Shown piece by piece: positions 1 through 9,900 of a DNA stretch of 64,000 nucleotides. The stretch comes from Ruminococcus sp. (GTDB lineage Bacteria; Bacillota_I; Bacilli_A; RF39; UBA660): positions 51,392-115,391 of the forward strand of contig JAMPHW010000001.1 of NCBI GenBank assembly GCA_023663235.1. The letters are read 5' to 3'. The position numbers were made by a program, and so were the translations under genes. Every line of letters starts with the position of its first letter. The stretch's first letter is position 1. The notes under the pieces were generated by a model that was not told the origin of the DNA, searched no databases, and was given only the letters and a program-made list of their open reading frames with translations.

Positions 1-1058
1 GTACTGCTAAAACAATGAGCGAATTACTTGCAACACATTATATAGGAAGATATACAAGAACAAGTAAAAACAAAGATTTTAATATATCATTTAATGAAAC
101 AACAATAGGAGTGATATATGAAGGCGAAGATGATAATGGAACAACATATTATTTTGCAGGAAATCCATTAGATAACTGGATAGAATTTGGCGGATATTAT
201 TGGCGAATCATCAGAGTAAATGGAGATGGCTCTATAAGAATAATATATCAAGGAAGAACACAAGATGAAAATGGAAATAAGTTAGAACCACAAACAACTG
301 GAGAAGAAACGCAAATAGGAAAAAGTGCATTTAATGAAAAAGATAATGATAATGCCTATGTAGGTTTTATGTATGGAACTCCTAATTCTACAACTTATGA
401 AGCTACCCATGAAAACAAAAATAGCAGTACTATAAAACAAGAATTAGATAAGTGGTTTAATAATTCCAACATTAAAGAAGGTACTGATTATTTTAATAAA
501 ATTGATTTTAATGCAGGTTTTTGTAGTGATAAAACACCTAGTTCGACATACACATCAACAATAATAGATGGTGTAAATATCGGAAATGGATATAGCGGGA
601 TTGGAACATCTAAAACATATTATGCATCACATATCAAGATGATTCCCAATACTCCTGGTGGAAACGCACCAACTATAAATTCTACATCAGTCACACCAAC
701 ATTCAGCTGTAGCAACATAAATAACGACTTATTTACTTATAAGAAGGCTACCAATGGAAATAAAAAATTAGATAATCCAGTGGGTTTAATAACCGCCGAT
801 GAAATATCATATGCAGGAATGGTATATGCACTAAACTCAAACAAAAATTACCTTGATACAGACCAAAACTACTGGGCTATATCTCCAGGATATTATGAAG
901 CTGACAAGGCTCGCACATTCTGTGTGCTTTTGGATGGTTATCTTTGGTATACTTATACAAGCAACAGTTTAGGCATTCGTCCTGTTATAAATCTCCGCTC
1001 AGATACACTATTTACTGGTGATGGAACAATTTCTAATCCCTTTAAAGTTGTAATTTAA
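1..1058 (+). CDS. Secreted protein, paralog-family member A (5'-partial; real start upstream of window)
   Basis: ORF 15..1058 stays in frame back to nt 1 ('AKTMSELLATHY' matches internal 'DAKTMSELLETHY' of the 22129..23388 paralog). Core GNPLDNWIEFGGYYWRIIRVNGDGSIRIIYQG is about 90% identical to paralog B. C-terminus is GIRPVINLRSDTLFTGDGTISNPFKVVI. Confidence 0.6.
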   Translation, partial: TAKTMSELLATHYIGRYTRTSKNKDFNISFNETTIGVIYEGEDDNGTTYYFAGNPLDNWIEFGGYYWRIIRVNGDGSIRIIYQGRTQDENGNKLEPQTTGEETQIGKSAFNEKDNDNAYVGFMYGTPNSTTYEATHENKNSSTIKQELDKWFNNSNIKEGTDYFNKIDFNAGFCSDKTPSSTYTSTIIDGVNIGNGYSGIGTSKTYYASHIKMIPNTPGGNAPTINSTSVTPTFSCSNINNDLFTYKKATNGNKKLDNPVGLITADEISYAGMVYALNSNKNYLDTDQNYWAISPGYYEADKARTFCVLLDGYLWYTYTSNSLGIRPVINLRSDTLFTGDGTISNPFKVVI

Positions 1059-1126
1059 TATTTACTAAGACTTATAAATTATTTATAATAACTATAGGAT
1101 TAATCTGTTATGTGGAATATATGTAG

Positions 1127-1249
1127 TCTCCGTTTAACTATGGAAACGCTAACGTGTTCATTGTGTGGTCGGATGGCTACCTCACCACCAACAACGTGAA
1201 CAACACGCGAGGTGTGCGTCCAATATCCTTTTATCACTCATTTATTTGA
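1127..1249 (+). pseudogene. Orphan GC-rich C-terminal fragment of the paralog family (SPFNYGNANVFIVWSDGYLTTNNVNNTRGVRPISFYHSFI*)
   Basis: Short frame 70 bp after paralog A, opened by an in-frame TAG. It matches the family C-terminal architecture (..DGYL..x9..G[IV]RP[VI]..) but has GC-rich codon usage unlike its 27%-GC surroundings. Contains the 12-mer ggtgtgcgtcca (1211..1222), also present at the window end. Confidence 0.4.
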
Positions 1250-1403
1250 TTAAGGTTAAATAAAGAAGAATTAGGATACAAGATTAATCCTTAAGTTATA
1301 ATACTTTAAAAAAATAACACTGATGTTTTATGTCCTGTATATAAAACTATTACAGTGTTTTTTATTTTTTATAAAAAATTATAAATTTACACAATAATTC
1401 CAA

Positions 1404-1430
1404 CAAAAAAAGAACTAAATTAATAGTTCT
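1404..1430 (-). terminator. Rho-independent terminator of the rubrerythrin gene
   Basis: Hairpin agaactaaattaatagttct overlapping the stop codon, then a T-run on the minus strand. Confidence 0.55.
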
Positions 1431-1959
1431 CAGCTTTAAGTTCCATAAAACTTTGTGGATGAGCACAAACAGGACATACCATTGGAGCTTTTTCCCCAAC
1501 ATAAACATATCCACAATTACGGCAAATCCAAACAACTTCTTCTCCTTTTTGGAACACTAAATTATCATCAATATTTCCAACAAGTTTTAAATATCTTTCT
1601 TCATGATGTTTTTCTATTTTACCAACTTCTTCAAATAATTTAGCTATACGGTCAAAACCTTCTTCTTTAGCAGTTAGAGCAAACTCTTTATACATTTCAG
1701 TCCACTCATAGTTTTCACCACTAGCTGCATCTTTTAAATTAGTTAAAGTATCTGGAACACTACCTCCATGTAATTCTTTAAACCACATTTTAGCATGTTC
1801 TTTTTCATTATTAGCTGTTTCTTCAAAAATCGCTGCAATTTGTTCATAGCCGTCTTTCTTAGCTTTTGATGCATAGTAAGTATATTTATTTCTAGCTTGA
1901 CTTTCACCAGCAAATGCAGCCATTAAATTAGCTTCTGTTTTTGAACCTTTTAATTCCAT
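1420..1959 (-). CDS. rbr: Rubrerythrin (ferritin-like diiron domain plus C-terminal rubredoxin-like CxxC..CxxC domain)
   Basis: [42 protein letters not shown]...[10 protein letters not shown]...CPVCAHP. Start moved to the 6th codon, which has a GGAGG RBS. Confidence 0.9.
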   Translation of the reverse strand: MELKGSKTEANLMAAFAGESQARNKYTYYASKAKKDGYEQIAAIFEETANNEKEHAKMWFKELHGGSVPDTLTNLKDAASGENYEWTEMYKEFALTAKEEGFDRIAKLFEEVGKIEKHHEERYLKLVGNIDDNLVFQKGEEVVWICRNCGYVYVGEKAPMVCPVCAHPQSFMELKAENY

Positions 1960-2077
1960 ATATATTACCTCCAATAAATATTATAACTAACTAAAATTTA
2001 AAAGTAAAGAGACGAAATAAATTATTTACAGAAAGAGTTAAATATTATATAATAATTAAGCTTAAAGGAGTGATACT

Positions 2078-2497
2078 GTGAATTTATATCAACTATTAGA
2101 TCTTTCTCCCACTAACAATATTATCGAAATATTAAATAAATTTAAAGATAAATGCCAAGAACATCCTGAAAACACTTTTAAGTATACATATGCTTTGTGT
2201 ATTCTAATTGACAAAACTAGAAAAATATTTTATGATGCCGCATTATTTCACATAGATATTAATACTTTATATGAATGTTATTCTAAAAATGAAACAGAAG
2301 AAATAGATGAAGCTGACGAATATGAAATCATGGATTTTATTGAATGGTTAGATTATTTTAGAGAAATCTTTTTTGATACTAAATTTTCTACCAATAACCA
2401 AAACTATCATAAATTAGTTACAGATTGGTATATTACTATAGTAAAATTACTAGATTACCTAAAAAGCCAATATATTCACAGTTTCTACCTTCCATAA
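2078..2497 (+). CDS. Hypothetical protein
   Basis: 139-aa ORF with no recognisable motifs. Confidence 0.35.
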   Translation: MNLYQLLDLSPTNNIIEILNKFKDKCQEHPENTFKYTYALCILIDKTRKIFYDAALFHIDINTLYECYSKNETEEIDEADEYEIMDFIEWLDYFREIFFDTKFSTNNQNYHKLVTDWYITIVKLLDYLKSQYIHSFYLP

Positions 2498-2522
2498 ATA
2501 CCTTTAAAGGTGTTTTTTTATA

Positions 2523-3581
2523 TTATACTTTAAGTAAATTACTACTATTTACAATAAGTGTACTATAAAGAAGTAAAACATCTTTATTGTTAAAATCAAC
2601 ATAATTGCTTACTAAATCCATTTTAATATATCTTAAATCAATTAAAGTTATCTTTTTATATTCGTCTAACAATAATGGTGTTAAACTACTAGCAAAAGAA
2701 TCTCTAAATATGATTAGCTCTCTATCTGTCGTAGCTAACTTATTTTCTATTTCAATGAAAGCACTTGGCCCACCTAAATAAATGTTATAAGAATCCATAC
2801 TATTTAATTTTTCTAATTCATAAATAGATTTTTCACCATACTCTAAATGTTTAACTAAAGCATTCTCTATCACTTCATTAGATAATATTTTCATTTTATC
2901 AGGCCTAATAAATATAGGTACTTTTCTATAAGAAGAGCCATAAAAAGAGTTATAAACTAAAGTATCATATTCTTCTTTCTTATAATTAAAGTTTAAATAA
3001 TAACCTAGTTCTTCTATAACATTAAAATAACTCTCCTGCTTTATATGAATATCTGTCTTATAATAATCTTCTAAATTTAATACATTTGTTATATCTATAT
3101 AATTAATATTTATTTCCTTTTTTAACTTATTAAAAATATAATTATAATCTAATTTTAAATATTTATTATCATCTAAATAATATCCTTTATCAGGTATCAC
3201 TGCATAATAAACTTTACTATTTTTAAGATATGTATCATTAATATAGTTTAATTTCTTAATAAAATTATTAACACTTGCCTCATTTAAAGGATAATTTTTT
3301 TCAATTATATAATTATTACTAACATAAACATCATTACTATCAATTATGTTTAAAATATACCTGTCATATATAGAGTTTAAACTAATGAAACTATCCCTAA
3401 GTAAAAATTGATCTTTCATATAATCATCTAAATTATCTATAAAATCTTCTTTTAAAACTTCTTTCGTTGCTAATTTTCTTCGCTCATTAAAGGATATTTC
3501 CTTATCTTCTATAAATAAAAAAGCTAAAGAAAAAATAAATAATATTAAAACAAATCCTACACCTATCACTTTATCTTTCAT
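2523..3581 (-). CDS. Membrane-anchored partner of the MBOAT (DltD/AlgJ/DHHW-like)
   Basis: N-terminal TM anchor. Lies immediately downstream of, and probably translationally coupled to, the MBOAT gene, the typical arrangement for MBOAT partners. Confidence 0.45.
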   Translation of the reverse strand: MKDKVIGVGFVLILFIFSLAFLFIEDKEISFNERRKLATKEVLKEDFIDNLDDYMKDQFLLRDSFISLNSIYDRYILNIIDSNDVYVSNNYIIEKNYPLNEASVNNFIKKLNYINDTYLKNSKVYYAVIPDKGYYLDDNKYLKLDYNYIFNKLKKEININYIDITNVLNLEDYYKTDIHIKQESYFNVIEELGYYLNFNYKKEEYDTLVYNSFYGSSYRKVPIFIRPDKMKILSNEVIENALVKHLEYGEKSIYELEKLNSMDSYNIYLGGPSAFIEIENKLATTDRELIIFRDSFASSLTPLLLDEYKKITLIDLRYIKMDLVSNYVDFNNKDVLLLYSTLIVNSSNLLKV

Positions 3582-3583
3582 AT

Positions 3584-4960
3584 TTAAAACCTAAAATAAA
3601 TAAAAGGGTTAAATGAACTTGAAATTATTCTTGCAATACATAATATAAAAATAAAAAACAATCCAAGCACACTCATAAATTCTATCATTTTATTTATTTT
3701 TCCTTTCTTAAGTTTTTCTAACATATTCTTTATAAAAGGTCCTATACCAATAAATGAAAAAATTAAAATAACTAAATTATTCCTCAAAAAGTATATAGCT
3801 TCATTATTAATAAACTCACTACCAACACCAAATAAACCTTTTATAAATATCCAGAGTTTATGTAAATCGGTAACATTAAAAATCACAAAACTTATTAGAA
3901 CAATAATAAACGTATATAAATGTGAGATTATTCCTTTTTTCAAGAATTTTTTTAAAATAAACTTTTCTAAAATTAAAAACATAAAAAAGTATAATCCCCA
4001 TAAAATAAAATTCCAACTAGCTCCATGCCATAAACCAGTTAAAAGCCATACAATAAATATATTTCTTATATTTTTAAATAAAGAACATCTGTTACCGCCT
4101 AAAGGTATATAAATATAATCTCTAAAAAAGCTTGATAAAGATATATGCCATCTTCGCCAAAAATCAGTAATTGAAGATGCTATTAAAGGATAATTAAAAT
4201 TTTCTTTAAACTGAAATCCAAGCATTTTCCCAAGACCTATCGCCATATCTGAATATCCCGAAAAATCATAATATATTTGAAATGTAAAAATAAGTGCTAC
4301 TAACCAGTATGATACAGTTGTTAAATTAGAATTTAATATAGCCCCATAAGCATTATATAAAGTATCCGCAATTAAAACTTTCTTACCTAGTCCTAAAATA
4401 AATCTTGTAACACCATCACTAAAATTACTAAAATTCTCTTCTCTATTTTTTAACTCCTTATTTACATCTTTATATCTAACAATTGGTCCAGCTATTAATT
4501 GAGGAAATAAAGAAATATAAGTGCAATAATTAAGAAAATTTTGCTCACCTTTAACATCTTTTTTATAAACATCAATTATATAACTTAAATTTTGAAATGT
4601 AAAAAAACTTATTCCTAAAGGTAAAATAATGTTTAAATCAAACCTGTTTAAACCCAAAATATTCGTAAAATTATCTAAGAAAAAACCTGTATATTTATAA
4701 TAGAATAAAATTCCTAAATTAAAAATAATACCTAATACTAAAAAGCTTTTCTTTCTCTTTCTATCAATTAAAATACCTAATATATAATTTACTAAACAAG
4801 TAAAAAGTAATAATATAACATAATTCTTTTCACCAAAATAATAGAAAATCAAACTAAATACTAATAATACTTTATTTCGAAACCTTTTAGGAACTAAAAA
4901 ATAAAAAAGTAATAATAAAGGCAAAAAAAAGAAGAGAAAATTAATACTTGAAAATACCAT
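3584..4960 (-). CDS. Membrane-bound O-acyltransferase (MBOAT; AlgI/DltB family)
   Basis: Multi-TM protein with the MBOAT signature region WRRWHISLSSFFRDYIYIPLGGNR and a conserved His. Confidence 0.85.
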   Translation of the reverse strand: MVFSSINFLFFFLPLLLLFYFLVPKRFRNKVLLVFSLIFYYFGEKNYVILLLFTCLVNYILGILIDRKRKKSFLVLGIIFNLGILFYYKYTGFFLDNFTNILGLNRFDLNIILPLGISFFTFQNLSYIIDVYKKDVKGEQNFLNYCTYISLFPQLIAGPIVRYKDVNKELKNREENFSNFSDGVTRFILGLGKKVLIADTLYNAYGAILNSNLTTVSYWLVALIFTFQIYYDFSGYSDMAIGLGKMLGFQFKENFNYPLIASSITDFWRRWHISLSSFFRDYIYIPLGGNRCSLFKNIRNIFIVWLLTGLWHGASWNFILWGLYFFMFLILEKFILKKFLKKGIISHLYTFIIVLISFVIFNVTDLHKLWIFIKGLFGVGSEFINNEAIYFLRNNLVILIFSFIGIGPFIKNMLEKLKKGKINKMIEFMSVLGLFFIFILCIARIISSSFNPFIYFRF

Positions 4961-4975
4961 TGTTCTTCTTCCCTT

Positions 4976-5437
4976 CTATTTTAAATTTTCAAAATTTGCT
5001 TTTATTTTTGGTGCAAGTTCATTAGACATAATTAATACTACTAAATCTCCTTTAGCTAAAACATAAGTGTTTTCAGCTTCAACACATATCCATTTTCTTG
5101 GATCAGCATTATTCTTAATTTCTGTAACAGCACTATCAGCATCTGCACTATTTTCTAAACGGATTAAAACTACAGAATGCGCTATAGAACCAGTCATAGA
5201 TTCACTTGCTATCGCTTCTTTATAATTAATATCAGCAAAAGCATAATACTTAAAGTTTTCTTCATTTAGTTCTGTATTCTCTACCATCATTGGCATTTCA
5301 TCTTCTGATATACCATCATATAACTTTTCCATTATTTCAGGTAATGTTCCAGAAACATTTTCTGATGCCTTTTTTCCACAACCTGTTATAGAAAAACAAA
5401 CTAATAAAGCACAAAATAAGCCTAATACTTTTTTCAT
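4976..5437 (-). CDS. Lipoprotein
   Basis: MKKVLGLFCALLVCFSITGCGKK has a lipobox (ITGC). Start moved to the internal Met. Confidence 0.6.
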   Translation of the reverse strand: MKKVLGLFCALLVCFSITGCGKKASENVSGTLPEIMEKLYDGISEDEMPMMVENTELNEENFKYYAFADINYKEAIASESMTGSIAHSVVLIRLENSADADSAVTEIKNNADPRKWICVEAENTYVLAKGDLVVLIMSNELAPKIKANFENLK

Positions 5438-5508
5438 AAATACTCCTTTCATTCTAAGAATAGTATAACATTTAAATTAAAAAAAAAGAAGATATATTTA
5501 TAAACTTC

Positions 5509-5739
5509 TTATTTTATTAAAGGATCATCAAATTCATCATTAGTATAAACCTCTACTGATGGATGAATCTCAATCTTACCTTCTCTAACTTCACTAATTG
5601 GTTTAAGTCTTTTCTTGCTTGGCTCACTCTTATTAGATGCGATATCTACTAAATAGCCAATTAAAGCAAATACTAGTATTAAAGATATAACTAAAAACCA
5701 TAAATAGTTATCTAGTAAAAAATTAATTAAAACCTCCAT
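5509..5739 (-). CDS. Small membrane protein
   Basis: 76 aa with a single N-terminal TM. Downstream of the DUF3048 gene on the same strand. Confidence 0.4.
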   Translation of the reverse strand: MEVLINFLLDNYLWFLVISLILVFALIGYLVDIASNKSEPSKKRLKPISEVREGKIEIHPSVEVYTNDEFDDPLIK

Positions 5740-5772
5740 TTTATCCTCCTAAGAAACTTTATGATGCTTATT

Positions 5773-6849
5773 CTATGATATACCAATATCTCCACTTGTA
5801 GGTACTATATGTATCCAAGTATTACCATCATTAACTGTTATCTTTGTTCCATCTTTATACTTATATACCGTTTGAGCACTTCTACTACTTTTCTCCCAAG
5901 TTATAGGAACTGCTTTACCTTCTGTAATATAATATCCTTCCCCATTACCAATATTATCTATATCCTGACGTCCTTTATCATCACCACTAATAGATTTATT
6001 ACTTACTTGATAAGTTATAATATTTTTAACTGTATATTGCTCTGTTGTATCATAATCAACATGTTCTTTATCATTTACAAATTGCTTATAAACTTTATTA
6101 GTACTATCATAAACATAGTTAGTAACATAACTATTAGAATATTTTAAATCAATATTGTTAGCATCTATAACATCTTCATTACTACTTAAATCTATAGCTT
6201 TTGCACTATATTTAAGTAACATCGCTTTATTAGTTTCTGTTCTATATCCTTTCTTATCAACTAAATTAGCCATTTCCTTTAAATTAGTATATCCTGTATG
6301 TTCACTACTTATATTAGCATCGTATTTTTTTCTAAAGAAGTATGGTGAACCACTACTAAGACCATTTAAATTATTTACTTTTAAAGTACTTATATCACTT
6401 TGCGCTTGTGGACTCCATCCCCAGTGAACATAATAAGCATCGTTTTCTAAAGCATAGTCTAAATAATAATGTCTAGCACTTCTAACACTACCTACTATTT
6501 CTGGCAAATTATCTTTAAATAAAGCCATATAACGGGTAATTCCACCTTCAACAATTATTTCATAAACTAAATAAGCTTTTTGAAGTCCTATATGATAAGG
6601 TCTAGCTGCCCCAATATTATTAATCATTACAGCATAAGGTCTAGATTTACTATTAACATCCACTATTTTAACTTTAGGTTCTTCTATCTTATTATCTTTT
6701 TTACTCTCTTTATTATCAACTTTATTTTCTAAACTATTATCTTTCTTATCAAATAATTTTGTAACTCCAAAAGCTACACCACCAATTAATAAGACACTAA
6801 TAATCCCTATAATTAACTTCTTCTTTTTCTTGTTTTTTCTCTTAACCAT
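5773..6849 (-). CDS. DUF3048-family putative lipoprotein (YerB-like)
   Basis: Lys-rich N-terminus with TM. Segment SRPYAVMINNIGAARPYHIGLQKAYLVYEIIVEGGITRYMALFKD resembles the DUF3048 core. Confidence 0.55.
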   Translation of the reverse strand: MVKRKNKKKKKLIIGIISVLLIGGVAFGVTKLFDKKDNSLENKVDNKESKKDNKIEEPKVKIVDVNSKSRPYAVMINNIGAARPYHIGLQKAYLVYEIIVEGGITRYMALFKDNLPEIVGSVRSARHYYLDYALENDAYYVHWGWSPQAQSDISTLKVNNLNGLSSGSPYFFRKKYDANISSEHTGYTNLKEMANLVDKKGYRTETNKAMLLKYSAKAIDLSSNEDVIDANNIDLKYSNSYVTNYVYDSTNKVYKQFVNDKEHVDYDTTEQYTVKNIITYQVSNKSISGDDKGRQDIDNIGNGEGYYITEGKAVPITWEKSSRSAQTVYKYKDGTKITVNDGNTWIHIVPTSGDIGIS

Positions 6850-6928
6850 AATACCTCCAACTATAACTAAAGTATAACACTTTTAATAATTAAAGTAAAC
6901 TTTTTAAAAGAAAAAAGAAAGCTACTTT

Positions 6929-9900
6929 TTAAGCCTTCTTAATTTTCTTCGCTCTTACAAAAGCAATACCTAATCCAACGGTTAATACTCCTAGACTTGC
7001 AATATACCATATCATATTATCGCTATCTTTCTCTTGAACACTATCATTAGTATCTTTATACTTAATTATAATATCTCCTAAAGAAGTAGTCCTAAATTCA
7101 ATTGTACCATTATCAATTTTAGTATTAGTAACTTTTATTAAAGCATTATTTTTTATCATATATATACTGTCAAACTCTTTATTTGGATTTAAACTAACTC
7201 TTATTGTTAAACTACTATTTTTTAGTTTTATTTCTTCATTTTTAGCATCAACAACTGCTACTTTAAATACCTCACACTCTTTACCTAACTCGTTCTCTAA
7301 ACTACTATCTAGAATTTTTTCTTGAACAATTAAACTTTCAACTTTTCCTAAACCTGTACCTTTAATTACTATACCATTATTACCAAATTCTCTAACACCA
7401 TCATTTTCATTTGATAAATTATCATTGTTAGTATTTTCGGAGTTATTAACATTGTCTTGATTTGGTGTATTAGATGAAATATTATTATTAGTACTATTAT
7501 CTATATTTGAAACATTATTATTTGTACTTTCATTATTAGTGTTATTGCTATTATTTGGTTTGTTTGCACTTCCATTATTAGTATTATTATTACTAGTATT
7601 TGGTTTATTTGTACTTCCATTATTAGTATTATTATTACTAGTATTTGGTTTATTTGTACTTTCGCTACTTGAATTAGAATTATTATTTGAGTTTTCACTT
7701 ATAGAAGTAATAACTGCTGTTACAATACCCTCATTTCCAGCCTTATCATAAAACTTAATAGGATATGTTCCATTCTTCGTATAAATATATGTTCCATTAC
7801 CAAATTCATAAGTAATTTCTTCACTTGGATTTACTACTTTAACTAATACCATATTAGAACTTGATTTATCATAATAAAGACTAGCACTTGGATTTATTTT
7901 ATCAATATAATCAACTTTAGCTGTCGCTCTTCCTTTGTTTCCTTTAGAATCTTCATATTCAAAAGTAAATTCTCCATTATCCTTGAAAGTATAAGAATTA
8001 CTTCCATTATTATTAGTAATTTTTACATTTTTTCTATCAAATTCAATTACTGCTGTTACATCTTGATTTGTTAAACTAGTTTCACTATAATATATTTTTG
8101 GTATCACTTTATCTTCAATAATCCAATCTACTTTAGCTGTAATACTACCCTTATTTCCTCTAATATCTTCATATTCAAAAGTAAACTCACCATTCTTTAT
8201 AAAGGTATATTTATTGCTACCATTATTATTAGTAACTTTTACTCTACTTCTGTTAAATTCAATAGTTGCTACAACATCATCATAAGTTGAAGTGTTTATA
8301 TCATAAGTTATAGTAGCTATAGCTGGACTTTCGTTAATTACAGATACAATCGCTGTAGTTTCTCCCACATTCCCTGCTGCATCTACATATCTAAATGTAT
8401 ATTCTCCATTTTTAATAAATTCATGTTTAAAAGGATTTATATTCATTACATAGTTATTATTTATGTCTGTAACATTACCTTCACTATCAACTTTATATCC
8501 ATCCACAACGTTTCCATTAGAATCAATTAAATTTCCTGCATCATCAGAAGTATAATCACTATCATTAATTATTGTTACCACCTCATTAGGTCTTAATATT
8601 GCCATTACACTATCAGTTTCTTTACTAATAACAATTTCTATTTCAGCAGTTGGAGCTACTTTATCTATCCAATCTACTTTAGCATCTAATGTCCCTACAT
8701 TTCCAGCTTCATCTACGTATTCAAAAGTAAATTCGCCATTTTCTTTAAATGTATATGTGAGTTTACCCTCATTGTTGGTTACTGTCACATTCTCTTTATT
8801 AAATGTAATTGTTGCTGTTACATCTTGATTTGTTAATTCAGTTTTATCATAAGTTATCTCTGCTACTGGTGCATCTTTATCAATCCATGTAACTTCTACT
8901 AAAGTACTTCCTGTATTTCCAGCTTTATCAACATATTCAAAAGTAAATTCTCCATTCTCTGTAAATGTATATTCATTTTTACCTTCATTGTTAGTTATTG
9001 TTACATTTTCTTTATCAAATGTAATCGTAGCAGTTACGTCTTGATTTGTTAATTCAGTTTTATCATAAGTTATCTCTGCTACTGGTGCATCTTTATCAAT
9101 CCATGTAACTTCTACTAAAGTACTTCCTGTATTCCCGGCTTCATCGACATATTCAAAGGTAAATTCGCCATTTTCTGTAAATGTATATTCATTTTTACCC
9201 TCGTTATTAGTTACTGTTACATTTTCTTTATCAAATGTAATTGTCGCTGTTACATTTTGATTAGTCTTTTCGCTTATATTATAAGTTACTGTTCCTACTG
9301 GAACTACTTTATCTATCCAATCAACTTTAGCGTCTAATGTCCCTACATTTCCAGCTTCATCTACGTATTCAAAAGTAAAGTCTCCATTTTCTGTAAATGT
9401 ATATGTGAGTTTACCTTCATTATTAGTTACTGTTACATTTTCTTTATCAAATGTAATTGTTGCAGTTACGTCTTGATTTGTTAATTCAGTTTTATCATAA
9501 GTTACCTCTGCTACTGGTGCCTCTTTATCAATCCATGTAACTTCTACTAAAGTACTTCCTACATTTCCTGCTTCATCGACATATTCAAAAGCAAACTCGC
9601 CATTTTCTGTAAATGTATATTCATTTTTACCTTCATTGTTAGTTACTGTTACATTCTCTTTATCAAATGTAATTGTCGCTGTTACATCTTGATTAGTCTT
9701 TTCACTTATATCATAAGTTACTGTTCCTACTGGAACTTCTTTATCAATCCATGTAACTTCTACTAAAGTACTTCCTACATTTCCTGCTTCATCTACGTAT
9801 TCAAAAGTAAATTCTCCATTTTCTGTAAATGTATATTCATTTTTACCTTCATTATTAGTTATTGTTACATTTTCTTTATCAAATGTAATTGTTGCTGTGA

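Noticed and set aside
1127-1249. Diversity-generating retroelement (DGR) template repeat targeting the C-terminal variable segment of the paralogs
   Set aside because: No reverse transcriptase or Avd-like gene is in the window. The fragment is only 55-60% identical to the paralog C-terminal regions, and mismatches are not restricted to adenine positions. The downstream sequences do not look like IMH/IMH* pairs. It is kept only as a weak alternative in the findings.
5809-6427. Plus-strand ORFs 5809..6147 and 6155..6427
   Set aside because: They are shadow ORFs fully inside the minus-strand DUF3048 gene, with low-complexity I/L/F-rich translations typical of antisense AT-rich coding DNA.
7480-7760. 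CRISPR-like or intergenic tandem repeat
   Set aside because: The repeats lie inside the giant surface-protein gene and encode an Asn-rich linker. There are no spacer-like unique segments and no cas genes.
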